Notes: generated by a model not told the origin, from the letters alone. Counted from the first letter of the stretch, positions 49,301 to 56,630 are shown. The stretch is 64,000 nucleotides of DNA from an uncultured Bacteroidales bacterium (GCA_963736675.1 CAVTPT010000001.1:101671-165670); one strand, 5' to 3'. Numbers and translations are program-made.

Positions 49301-52237
49301 GAGACGATCTGCCCCGGAGAGACCTCTGTCTTAACAATTGATATAATGTCGGGTACCGGTCCGTTTGAGATAGATATTGATCCTATCGGGACTATTTCAT
49401 ATGAGATCGGAGATGAGATAACAGTGACCCCGGTTATTACAACAACATACAGTCTCTTAAGGGTCAGGGATGCCAATAACTGTGAGGTTGTCAGTCCGTC
49501 TCCAAACCTTGGCGACGATGTGACCGTATTTGTCAGCGACCTGCCTGATATCACATCATTTAATCCTTCACTGCCTGTATGCGAATTCTCGTTCGCCACA
49601 TTCAATGTGGAAGCAACCGGAACCAACCTGACTTATCAGTGGTGGGTGGATGAAGGAGAAGGAGCCGGATTTGTTGAGGTTGAGGATGGTGCCACATATT
49701 TCGGTGCACAGACAAATACACTCCTTATATTCACTGCCATGAGGGAAATGGATGGCTATGTTTATCGTGTGGTCGTTTCGGGATGCGGTGTTGAAGAACA
49801 GTCTGTTGATGCCGTTTTCAGGGTAAATACAGCACCTGAGCTGACACTCCATCCAAGGGACACTGTCATCTGCCTCGGGCAGGATGCCGTAATGGAAGCT
49901 GAAGCTGACGGAGACGGAATAGAATGGCAATGGTTTGTAAACAGGGGAACAGGATTTGAACCGGTTGCAGATGATGGAGTGCTCTTCAGCGGAGCCGAAA
50001 CGCAAACGCTTACCATAACCAGTCCTCCGTATTCAGCAAGCCCCTGGATCTTCAGGGCAATAGCCAATGGCAGTTGCGGAGTGCCGGTCTATACAAATTT
50101 TGCGGTGATGAGGGTACTTAATCCTCCTTTAGTAACCCGACAGCCCGAATCTGATCCTGTTTGTGAAAACAGTAATATAATGATGACAGGAAACGGTACA
50201 GGTTTCACAAGCCTGCAATGGCAGGTTAACATCAGCGGGACATGGACCGATATAACTGACGATCTGACTTACCTTGGTGCCAGATCGCAGCAGCTGAATA
50301 TAATGGGAGCACCTCTCTCATTTAATGGTAACCAGTACAGGCTCGCTTTGATAACAAGCTGTGCTACAGTCTATACAGATGTTGTTACACTCACTGTCAA
50401 TGCAAATCCAACTGTAAACTTCCTTGAAGATCCTGTCTTCGCCTGCGGAGGTGTTGATGAAATAATAGATGGAAATCCGGCTGGCGGATCAGGAATCTAT
50501 ACAAGACATCGCTGGACAGGTGATGTAGGTCCCCTGAACAATTATACGGTACAGGCCCCGGTGTTTAATTCTTTAATACCAGGAGACTATAATCTGACTT
50601 ACCGGGTTGAAGACAGCAACGGGTGTGTCGCCAGCGATGACATTGTTGTCACAGTCGACTCTCCTTCTGCCTTGTTTACACAGGATAAGGATTATGGATG
50701 TACCCCTCTTGCAGTGACCTTTACATCAGACATGACAGATATCGTTAAATGGTGGTGGGATTTTGACGACGGCTCTCCCCTTGATTCTATAAATGATACT
50801 CCTGTTCACACCTTTGTCAACAACGATCCGACATCAATCCAGTACCGTAAAGTAACATTAAAGGTACTCTCTGCGGGTGGATGCTATGCAACCTTTGAAT
50901 CAATGGTGATAGTTTACCCAGGCATTGATGCAACATTTACTCCCGACACCGATATTATCTGCAGTGGCAATTCTATTAATTTTGCAGCCGCACCGGGAGC
51001 AAGCAGATACTTCTGGGACTTTGGTGACCTCTCTTCGGGATATGCGACCGGTAATACGAGCCACCTTTACATAAATCATGGAACCGGACCTGTTGTTTAT
51101 ACCGTACGGCTTATAACTACTTCGTTCTATAATTGTATTGATGAAGCTACATATAATATAACGGTAATGCCGGTTCCGATACCACAGTTCACTGCTGAAC
51201 CTGCAATCCAGGTCTTTAATCCGGCTGGAAGTGACGTCACATTCACCAACGAAACCAACGATGGATCGTGGACCTGGTTATGGAAGTTCGGAGACGGGGA
51301 AACATCAACAGAAGAAAACCCGGTACATAATTACATGGATGTCGGTGAGTTTGTTGTAACCCTTATTGCCGGTAATGCTTCCTGTTCCGACAGTGTCAGT
51401 CACACAGTAACAGTGCTTCCGATTCCTCCGGTGGCTGACTTTGATTCAATTCCGTCGGGATGTGCACCTCTTTATGTACAGATAAATAACACTTCGTTAA
51501 ATACCGAGGCTCCGGGAACAACTTTCAGATGGTCCTTCGGGGATGGCAGCTATTCGACAGCCAAAAATCCGACCTATACTTACTTCACGCCGGGAACATA
51601 CAGGATCGAACTGACTGTAACAGGTCCCGGAGGAACTTCAATAGTGTCGCAGGTTGTCAATGCCTATCCTTCACCCAAGGCCTATTTTGAGGTTACACCA
51701 ATACTTGTCTATGTTAATGATGAGAGAGTAAGGTGCTTCAACCTGAGCCAGGGAGCCAACTCCTTCCTGTGGGAGTTTGGTGATGGTGATACTTCAAAGA
51801 TGAGGGAACCATACCACAAATATATGGAAGAGGGTGTCTACGACATTACCCTCTGGGCATACTCCGATAACGGATGCACCGATAAGTATGTACTCTCTCC
51901 CGGAGTAACTGTTGAACCTCCCGGAGAATTAAGGTTTGCCACAGTCTTTACCCCAAACAAGGAGGGACCTATAGAACGTACCGATCTGCCTACCGGTGGT
52001 ACTGAGATCGACCAGTTCTTCTTCCCGCCTATCAGACAAAAAGTGCTGGATTATAAACTACAGATATTTAACAGATGGGGTGTGCTGATATTTGAGAGCC
52101 ATGATATTAATGTTCCATGGAACGGTTATTACAATGGCACATTATGCCAGCAGGGAGTGTATGTGTGGTATGTCGAAGGCAAATTTTCCGATGGTAAACC
52201 GTACAGACAGGTTGGAGACGTGACTCTGTTGCATTGA
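40145..52237 (+). CDS. Giant T9SS adhesin, main part: ~100-aa Ig-like repeats, ~23 SprB-like repeats, Ig and PKD domains, type-B (gliding-motility) C-terminal domain
   Basis: Repeats C..G.TG.I.VTV.GG...Y...W.....EDL.GLKAGTY.LTVTD.NGC; PKD WWDFDDG, WKFGDG, WSFGDG, WEFGDG; C-terminal FTPN...IFNRWG..IFES...WNG...GVY.W. Confidence 0.88.
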   Translation: MPDRPSVMVRMLPPLQVAEQLTGGSDSFTYTWLYTTSTTAPLGDAAWIEIPSTNSTAYNHGTLTATTRFVRRAVDATCTNPVYSNILTITVRPALSGGVIEEDQTICYGGDPARFDNVTAASGGGGSFTYLWFYTTNMLTVPGDADWTSIPSATGTGYNHGTLNTTTKFVRRAIDATCSTPVYSNQVTVTVHPQLNGGTIASSQTICYNDNVPAFESTEDATGGAGLFTYTWFYTTSTTAVPGGPGWTTVPSSNSTVYDHGTLTATTRFVRRAVDASCTTPVYSNVITVTVRPELTGGGITASQTICYGDDVTAFSSTTAAGGGAGAFTYSWLSTTNMTASPGDPAWNEIPSTNALIYDHGTLTATTRFVRKAVESTCTTPVYSNILTVTVRPELSGGVIADDQTICYGADVAVFSSTDDATGGAGNFTYTWQYTTNLAAITGDGTWTDIPSSDNETYNHGTLTATTKFVRMAVDASCSTPVYSNEVTVTVRPEPDGGTIAAAQVICSGGDPEAFTSIDGATGSSGSFTYTWLYNTNPSAVPGGPGWIEVPSSNSTVYDHGTLTTTTLFVRRAVDAVCLTPVYSNVIEVTVMPALYGGVISASQSVCYGDDPEAFTSLNDASGGTGAFTYTWQYTTNMAATAGDANWTDINDSDDPGYDHGVLLVPTRFVRKATDLACSNPVYSNILTVAIDPLPVTSEITGESILCEDSDDQIYRVVNTSGSAYFWTVPASFTIISPQGYNVIIVQVNGTTNPGDVITVTETNTATDCVGDPVEFPVTVLPVMPLADVTGPSVVCQGDAGVIYSVPDNPGSTYAWFVPAGASITSDPSLHQIEVTFSMAISGQIACIETSNLICTTVHNPAVVTVNTLPGIYTVSATPYYCYGTDGVTVTLSNSQAGVNYQLLKDGVAEGSAIPGTGSSITWPDMKAGIYMVRAASATSPVCEVLMNGNPAVEENPEIVISSITITEPKCYGSTDGSIVINASGGFPPLSTLTYSINGGTTFFASNTFTNVGQGTYNIVVKDLRNCTVASAPVTVNQPSELTITSLTVTTPVNCNGSSTGSVRVFIAGGTPLYSYQWYYDQFFASPIPGQISADATGLPAGTYYVKVTDINGCWKSGSITLTQPPAITGSGIVSTAVSCYGINDAIITVTATGGSGSLEYDLNGLNIWNNTGVFSGLGAGTYSIRVRDALAVSCIVNLQDVVITQPSELLVSVTSQANVLCFDGTTGAIGVTVSGGTLPAGGYLFSWTGSDYLGNAFTSTSEDLNGLKAGSYGLTVTDANGCTAILPPVTITQPPVLAVALDSQTNVLCYGETNGSITVTATGGAGPYTYAWTGTNYLGGAYFSPAEDISGLRAGTYNLRVTDANGCQRVLPAVIVTQPVALVLVVDDKTNVLCYDDATGAINVTVTGGVMPAGGYLYEWTGTDYLGNLFNSTLEDLASLKAGNYALTVTDANNCEITLPAVSITQPPDLTVTLNATVDVLCHDVATGAAYITVSGGVQPIGGYSFSWSGTDYLGNLYSSTVEDPSGLKAGTYDLVVTDQNGCTATLSDVVINQPPDLTVITEDQINVLCYNGTNGEIDVTVSGGVMPAGGYIYSWTGADYLGTYFASSSEDLTGLKAGTYNLAVRDANSCSVILPAVIITQPAAFTVSLDGKTDILCYDESTGSINVTVAGGVEPAGGYLFTWTGTDYTGTAFTSTDEDLTGLKAGTYLLSVGDANNCTVNLPAVTITQPADLTVSVNSQANVLCFDGTTGAISVTISGGTLPAGGYLFSWTGSDYLGNAFTSTSEDLNGLKAGSYGLTVTDANGCTAILPPVTISQPPVLAVALDSQTNVLCYGETNGSITVTATGGAGPYTYAWTGTNYLGGAYFSSAEDISGLRAGTYNLRVTDANGCQRLLPAVIVTQPVALVLVVDDKTNVLCHDDATGAINVTVTGGVMPAGGYIYEWTGTDYLGNLFNSTLEDLADLKAGNYALTVTDANNCEITMPAVSITQPPDLTVTLNATVDVLCHDAATGAAYITVSGGVQPIGGYSFSWSGTDYLGNLYSSTVEDPSGLKAGTYDLVVTDQNGCTATLSDVVINQPPDLTVITEDQINVLCYNGTNGEIDVTVSGGVMPAGGYIYSWTGADYLGTYFASSSEDLTGLKAGTYNLTVRDNNNCIVTLSTVTITQPPQFTVIRDDQVNILCHDGATGEINVTVSGGVIPAGGYIYEWTGTDYLGNSFSSADEDLAGLKAGIYSLTVTDANGCEAVLPLVSLTQPPDLTVTLLSVTNVMCHDAATGAINVNVSGGVMPAGGYTYTWTGTDYLNNAYSGSTEDPSGLKAGTYDLTVTDNNMCTVALSTVTVSQPDDLTVVLEDQTNVLCYDAATGAIDITAAGGVMPSGGYYYTWTGTTYQGGAFNSNMEDLTGIKAGTYNLTVRDANGCSVILPAVIITQPAAFTVSLDGKTDILCYDESTGSINVTVAGGVVPAGGYLFTWTGTDYTGTAFTSTDEDLTGLKAGTYLLSVGDANNCTVNLPAVTITQPADLAVSVNSQANVLCFGEATGAIYVTVSGGTIPAGGYLFNWTGTDYMGNSYTSNDEDLAGLYAGTYNLTVTDQNGCNVSILPVTITAPLPLVIDVNVTSNYNGRDISCTGAFDGRATATVTGGTGIYFYTWYSDPGFSVPIGQMAPSAINLAAGEYYVRVMDMNGCSITGSVTLTDPPLLDASVVTLTNVDCFNNATGAVTVEAVTGSGTGPYSYSKDGGFTWQPAGEFTGLSAMTYTILVRDANNCIKAVPVIITQPSQLIATISDFDNVSCSGGNDGSVTITVPAGSGTAPYTYTINGTDWQPGGAFTGLTAGSYNIEVRDDNNCSVILPVIISEPPLLELNPTADIVLDCYDDHDGTGTFYAVGGTPGYTFTQILNGADATFAAQGYNSQIIFNAGAGVVTVMVTDSKGCNTEASITFTEPDILEPGSIGNDQVLCYGESPAALVQIDPPDGGPLPFDFKFQWQYSATGSEPFLNISGAVQEGFTPDSPATGTLYYRRMVTSGFCQPVYSNIVEVLVNPRPIAVLRGGETICPGETSVLTIDIMSGTGPFEIDIDPIGTISYEIGDEITVTPVITTTYSLLRVRDANNCEVVSPSPNLGDDVTVFVSDLPDITSFNPSLPVCEFSFATFNVEATGTNLTYQWWVDEGEGAGFVEVEDGATYFGAQTNTLLIFTAMREMDGYVYRVVVSGCGVEEQSVDAVFRVNTAPELTLHPRDTVICLGQDAVMEAEADGDGIEWQWFVNRGTGFEPVADDGVLFSGAETQTLTITSPPYSASPWIFRAIANGSCGVPVYTNFAVMRVLNPPLVTRQPESDPVCENSNIMMTGNGTGFTSLQWQVNISGTWTDITDDLTYLGARSQQLNIMGAPLSFNGNQYRLALITSCATVYTDVVTLTVNANPTVNFLEDPVFACGGVDEIIDGNPAGGSGIYTRHRWTGDVGPLNNYTVQAPVFNSLIPGDYNLTYRVEDSNGCVASDDIVVTVDSPSALFTQDKDYGCTPLAVTFTSDMTDIVKWWWDFDDGSPLDSINDTPVHTFVNNDPTSIQYRKVTLKVLSAGGCYATFESMVIVYPGIDATFTPDTDIICSGNSINFAAAPGASRYFWDFGDLSSGYATGNTSHLYINHGTGPVVYTVRLITTSFYNCIDEATYNITVMPVPIPQFTAEPAIQVFNPAGSDVTFTNETNDGSWTWLWKFGDGETSTEENPVHNYMDVGEFVVTLIAGNASCSDSVSHTVTVLPIPPVADFDSIPSGCAPLYVQINNTSLNTEAPGTTFRWSFGDGSYSTAKNPTYTYFTPGTYRIELTVTGPGGTSIVSQVVNAYPSPKAYFEVTPILVYVNDERVRCFNLSQGANSFLWEFGDGDTSKMREPYHKYMEEGVYDITLWAYSDNGCTDKYVLSPGVTVEPPGELRFATVFTPNKEGPIERTDLPTGGTEIDQFFFPPIRQKVLDYKLQIFNRWGVLIFESHDINVPWNGYYNGTLCQQGVYVWYVEGKFSDGKPYRQVGDVTLLH
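43790..46600 (+). repeat. Near-identical intragenic duplication with 1575-bp offset (five SprB-type repeats copied)
   Basis: gtcaggcaaatgttct at 43791 and 45366; long matching blocks; a sixth repeat at ~45044 recurs at ~47411. Confidence 0.88.
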
Positions 52238-52276
52238 CCATCGTTCCCCGAAGGCAGGGGAAGATTCCACGACAGG

Positions 52277-52326
52277 GGGCTGTCACAGGAGCTAAAAAAG
52301 GCTTTTGTGACAGCCCTTTCTGTTTT
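52277..52326 (+). terminator. Intrinsic terminator after the giant gene
   Basis: gggctgtcacaggagc / gcttttgtgacagccc 16-bp stem (two G-T pairs) followed by tttctgtttt. Confidence 0.7.
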
Positions 52327-52447
52327 CCGGTTCAGTGGCTCTCCCACTATAGCCCCGGTTAACCCTGTTTCAACTCTTTTCAACGTTTTTTTCATTTTTC
52401 TGATAAAAAAGTCCCTGAAATACACCATTCGTTTAGAATTATTTTTC

Positions 52448-52455
52448 TAAATTTG
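52448..52455 (+). promoter_or_regulatory. Possible -7 box (TAAATTTG) upstream of the hlyD-PCAT operon
   Basis: Exact TAnnTTTG match ~180 bp upstream of the HlyD start; no clear -33 box. Confidence 0.3.
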
Positions 52456-52637
52456 GTTAGCTGCATTTCTAAATCGCAAAGTCATGTCTCTTTTTGATCA
52501 AAAAAAAGGATGCATTTTTTGTCTGCTTTGCACCTCTGTTTTTCCCCTGATACCTGAAATCAGTCGGTCTCTGAACTGTTTTCAATCAGGGAATCCATTT
52601 AACCTTATCAAATTCAGTCACCCAATCTGCACAGCCG

Positions 52638-53810
52638 ATGGACCTGATACCTTTTAATCTGAGCAATTACACTCTTGAGAACTATCTTCTGAAGATCACC
52701 ACACGCACCAGGATCATTTACTGGGTCATTATCGGGTATGCAATAGCCGCTATTGCTGCCCTGCCATTAATTTCGGTTGATGTCCCGGTACAGGCAAGAG
52801 GATTTTTTCAATCGGAGATAGAAAAACAGACAATCCTCGCTCCGTTTCAGGGAAGAGTCATATATGCATCCCTGAAGAACGGACAGTATATCAGAAAAGG
52901 AGATACCCTTTTAATAATTGACTCTGAAGCGTCAAGGGCGCAGAAGAGGTCGATCCTCGATAAGTTAATGAAGAATGATTCAGCCATATCAGATCTTGAA
53001 AAGCTGACCGTTCTCAGTAAGCCCGACGACAGGCTGAAAGCCTCTGATTTCAATACTGAGCGGTATTTTTCTGAATTCTCAGCCATGATTAAAACCTGGA
53101 ACATCCAGTATCAGAAATATCTGAAGGCAAGGGCTACTCACCAACGAAATGAAATTCTCCACGAAAAGGAGATAATCCCCGATAATGAATATGAGAATAC
53201 CCTTTATGTTTACAGATCGGAGGCGGAGAATCTTAATCAGGTCCTGATTCAGCATAAAAGTATGTGGCAGACCGACCTTTTACAGAGGAAGATTGATGCC
53301 GGCACATTTCAGGCTGAGCTGGGGAGGTATTCGGAGGAGCTTAATAACAGGATTGTGGTGTCGCCGGTCAGCGGAGATATCATACAGAGTGCTGACATCC
53401 AGGAAGGGACAATAGTATCAATTAATCAGCTGGTGGCTGAAATTTCGCCTGAGGGGAACCTGCTTGCTACCTGTTTTGTGAGACCATCCGACATTGGACT
53501 GATAAGAGCTGATCAAAAAGTGCGTATACAGGTTGATGCATTTAACTATAATGAATGGGGACTCTTAACGGCCAGTATACTTGATATCTCAAACGATATT
53601 ATAGTTCAAAACGGAAACGAGGCGTATTTCAGAATAAGATGCAAGCCTGAATCTGCCTCATTGTATATGAAGAACGGTCTTAAGGCTGATATCAGGAAAG
53701 GGATGAGCTTTAATGCCAGGATAATTGTCACAAGGCGGTCACTTTTTAACCTTTTATTTGATAAGGCCGACGACTGGTTTAATCCTTATTCAAACCAGGA
53801 GGAGGGATAG
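52638..53810 (+). CDS. HlyD-family membrane fusion protein
   Basis: Single N-terminal TM, QARGFF, LAPFQGRV, VRKGDTL-like IRKGDTLL, SPVSG, DIGLIRADQKVRIQVDAF..WG. Confidence 0.9.
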   Translation: MDLIPFNLSNYTLENYLLKITTRTRIIYWVIIGYAIAAIAALPLISVDVPVQARGFFQSEIEKQTILAPFQGRVIYASLKNGQYIRKGDTLLIIDSEASRAQKRSILDKLMKNDSAISDLEKLTVLSKPDDRLKASDFNTERYFSEFSAMIKTWNIQYQKYLKARATHQRNEILHEKEIIPDNEYENTLYVYRSEAENLNQVLIQHKSMWQTDLLQRKIDAGTFQAELGRYSEELNNRIVVSPVSGDIIQSADIQEGTIVSINQLVAEISPEGNLLATCFVRPSDIGLIRADQKVRIQVDAFNYNEWGLLTASILDISNDIIVQNGNEAYFRIRCKPESASLYMKNGLKADIRKGMSFNARIIVTRRSLFNLLFDKADDWFNPYSNQEEG

Positions 53811-53814
53811 AAAA

Positions 53815-55977
53815 ATGAATATCGGGATCAGACAGAGGGATATCTCCGATTGCGGGGCAGCCTGCCTTGCTTCAGTGGCAGCATGGTACAGGGTAAAGGT
53901 TCCGGTTTCAAGGATCAGGCAATATGCCGGGACCGATAAAAAAGGTACAAACGTACTTGGTCTGGTCGAGGCAGCAACAAAAATAGGATTTCTGGCAAAA
54001 GGTGTAAAAGGAGAGTGGGAGAGCCTGTTCAAGATTCCCCGGCCGGCAATAGCTCATGTTATTGTAAAAGGAGTACTGACACACTACGTGGTAATTGTAA
54101 ATATATCGGAATTAATTGTTGAAGTGATGGACCCCGCTGACGGGAAGCTTCACAAAATTTCTCACGAGGAGTTTAAGAAGCAGTGGACCGGGGTTCTCGT
54201 ACTGATCGTTCCGGGGGAGAAATTTACAATGAGGAATGAGGAAGTCGCAGTTACTGCACGGCTGTGGAGACTGATTAAGCCAAACCGCGGCGTACTTCTG
54301 CAGGCTCTTGCAGGGGCACTTTTATTTTCGGTATTGGGACTCTCAATGTCGCTCTATGTCGGCAGACTGGTTGACCATGTCATACCGGGAGGCAATCTGA
54401 ATCTTCTGAACCTGCTTGGCATCGTAATGATTGTCATAATTCTGTTCAGGATATTACTCAGCTTTTTCCAGTCTCTTTTTGTGCTCAGGACGGGTCAAAG
54501 GATAGATGCCTCGTTAATACTTGGATATTATCAGCACCTGCTGAGACTTCCGCAATCATTTTTCGACAATATGCGAACCGGGGAGATCATTTCCAGGATA
54601 GGCGATGCCGTAAAAATAAGGGTATTCATCAACGATGTAACTATTAATCTGATATTGAATATTTTCATCCTGTCGGTTTCCTTTATCCTTATGTTCACAT
54701 TTTTCTGGAAGCTTGCTCTTGTTATGCTCGTTGTTGTACCATTATATTTCTTAATCTATTATATATCCAACAGACTTAACAGGAGGGTGCAGCGAAAGGT
54801 AATGGAGCGTTCTGCAGATCTTGAAGCACAATTTGTGGAATCGCTTAATTCAGCGGGAACAATTAAGAGGTTTGGACTTGAGGAGTATTCAAATTTTAAA
54901 ACTGAGATCAGGTTTACGTCGTTGCTTGAGACTCTTTACAGTTCGGGATTGAATAATATCTTCTCTTCTCTCTCCAGCGGGCTGGTGACACAGCTTATAA
55001 CACTGCTTGTCCTCTGGACCGGAGCAGGATTTGTCCTTTCTGCCCTGATCACTCCCGGCGAATTGCTTTCCTTTTATGCTGTTACCGGGTACTTCACCGG
55101 GCCTGTCACGGGGATAATAGGTTTTAACCGGACCCTGCAGGATGCCAGAATAGCAGCTGACCGTTTATTTGAAATATTTGATCTTGATACGGATGATGAA
55201 TCAGGCAGGATCGAACTTAAGAAAGAGATGGTTGATGATATAAGTTTTGAAGATGTCAGGTTCAGGTACGGAACAAGAGTTGAGGTCTTCAGATCGCTGA
55301 ACCTCAAAATCAGGAAAGGAGAGATAACAGCAATAGCCGGGGAGAGCGGATCAGGCAAGAGTACTCTTGTATCGTTGCTGCAGAACCTTTACCCACTGCA
55401 GGAAGGACATATCAGTATCGGAAGGTATAACCTTCTTCATCTGACAAACAGCTCCATCAGGAAAATTATTTCTGTGGTGCCTCAGAAGATTGATCTTTTT
55501 GCAGGTAATATCTTCGACAATATAGCACCTGGTGAAATCACGCCCGATACTGAAAAGGTAATGGCTGTATGCGAAAAGCTTGGGATGACTCAATTTGTTG
55601 AGAGCCTGCCAAATGGTTTCAGCACCTATATCGGGGAAAACGGAGTGGCCCTTTCAGGGGGACAGAGACAGAGGATCGCAATTGCCAGAGCTCTCTACGG
55701 CGATCCTGAAATAGTGATCCTCGATGAGGCTACCTCTTCTCTTGATGCCCTGGCGGAGATGTTTGTACGTAATGCGCTGAAGATACTTCGTGATGAGGGT
55801 AAAACGGTAATTCTGATAGCTCACAGACTCTCTACCATTAATCTGGCCGACAGTATCATTGTACTTGACAGGGGCGAAGTTGTCCAGAATGGCACATATC
55901 GCGAGTTGTCAGCTGCTGAGGGGCATTTCCGTAAGATGTATTTTCAACAGGGGATTTTAGAAACAGTAACAACCTAA
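53815..55977 (+). CDS. Peptidase-containing ABC transporter (C39 + ABC; double-glycine peptide exporter)
   Basis: QRDISDCGAACL (catalytic Cys), THYVVI, MDPADG; Walker A GESGSGKST, LSGGQRQ, VILDE; start MNIG at 53815. Confidence 0.95.
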   Translation: MNIGIRQRDISDCGAACLASVAAWYRVKVPVSRIRQYAGTDKKGTNVLGLVEAATKIGFLAKGVKGEWESLFKIPRPAIAHVIVKGVLTHYVVIVNISELIVEVMDPADGKLHKISHEEFKKQWTGVLVLIVPGEKFTMRNEEVAVTARLWRLIKPNRGVLLQALAGALLFSVLGLSMSLYVGRLVDHVIPGGNLNLLNLLGIVMIVIILFRILLSFFQSLFVLRTGQRIDASLILGYYQHLLRLPQSFFDNMRTGEIISRIGDAVKIRVFINDVTINLILNIFILSVSFILMFTFFWKLALVMLVVVPLYFLIYYISNRLNRRVQRKVMERSADLEAQFVESLNSAGTIKRFGLEEYSNFKTEIRFTSLLETLYSSGLNNIFSSLSSGLVTQLITLLVLWTGAGFVLSALITPGELLSFYAVTGYFTGPVTGIIGFNRTLQDARIAADRLFEIFDLDTDDESGRIELKKEMVDDISFEDVRFRYGTRVEVFRSLNLKIRKGEITAIAGESGSGKSTLVSLLQNLYPLQEGHISIGRYNLLHLTNSSIRKIISVVPQKIDLFAGNIFDNIAPGEITPDTEKVMAVCEKLGMTQFVESLPNGFSTYIGENGVALSGGQRQRIAIARALYGDPEIVILDEATSSLDALAEMFVRNALKILRDEGKTVILIAHRLSTINLADSIIVLDRGEVVQNGTYRELSAAEGHFRKMYFQQGILETVTT

Positions 55978-55989
55978 ACACTATATGTC

Positions 55990-56331
55990 ATGAAAATATT
56001 TGAATATCTCGATCGCATCGGCAGAATGCACAAGCTGGTTCAAAGGCGGAGAACCGGGACCCCGGAGGAATTTGCGCGGCAGCTGGGCGTAAGCCGTACA
56101 AGTCTGTATGAGTTAATTGATGAATTAAGATCGCGGGGTGCTCCTATTTCTTATTCAAAGGCAGCAAAGACTTATTACTACAGCGAGCCTTTTGATATAT
56201 CAGTAACATGTTCTCTCCGGCCCATGACATACCTTGAGGAAAAACAGGTGTCGGGGGGGAATATTTTCGATAGAATCCTTTTTTTCCGGATCTTAAGTAC
56301 TGAAATTAGTGGTACTGTATTTCAGTGCTAA
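55990..56331 (+). CDS. Small winged-HTH DNA-binding protein with a C-terminal double-glycine-leader-like extension
   Basis: TGTPEEFARQLGVSRTSLYELIDELRSRGAPISY; tail SLRPMTYLEEKQVSGG-NIFDRILFF. Confidence 0.78.
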   Translation: MKIFEYLDRIGRMHKLVQRRRTGTPEEFARQLGVSRTSLYELIDELRSRGAPISYSKAAKTYYYSEPFDISVTCSLRPMTYLEEKQVSGGNIFDRILFFRILSTEISGTVFQC

Positions 56332-56383
56332 AACCCCTGGCCTATAAATGGGGGATCAAAAAAATTAATTAAATTTAATTGTC

Positions 56384-56566
56384 ATGAAAATTGAAAATTT
56401 TTCCGTAAGAGAACTGACCTCCGAGGAGCAGATCCAGATCAACGGAGGAGGCTTTTTTGCTGATGTGTGGGGTGCGATATGCACAGCCGCAAAATGGATT
56501 TGGGAAAATGTAACCTTTTCAGTGGAGTACCAAACCGGTGATTATACATGGAAGGCTTCAACATGA
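56384..56566 (+). CDS. Double-glycine leader peptide precursor (class II bacteriocin-like, Trp-rich core)
   Basis: Leader MKIENFSVRELTSEEQIQINGG fits L-S/T-x-x-E-x-x-x-I-x-G-G; downstream of a C39 PCAT; AT-rich ribosome-binding region. Confidence 0.88.
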   Translation: MKIENFSVRELTSEEQIQINGGGFFADVWGAICTAAKWIWENVTFSVEYQTGDYTWKAST

Positions 56567-56583
56567 AAACTTTTGAATGGTGT

Positions 56584-56613
56584 AAGAGATCAGGAATTCA
56601 TTCCTGATCTCTT
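56584..56613 (+). terminator. Perfect 14-bp hairpin after the peptide gene (terminator or mRNA stabiliser)
   Basis: aagagatcaggaat-tc-attcctgatctctt; no strong U-tract. Confidence 0.6.
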
Positions 56614-56630
56614 GATAATAATATTATTGA

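Noticed and set aside
43766-50067. Antisense and alternate-frame ORFs over the adhesin (e.g. 45281-46171)
   Set aside because: Shadows of a repetitive, codon-biased sense gene with no recognisable motifs; the same holds for other nested ORFs in the track.
52484-52657. 57-aa Cys-rich ORF (MSLFDQKKGCIFCLLC...) upstream of hlyD as a second precursor
   Set aside because: No double-glycine leader, overlaps the hlyD start, no other support.
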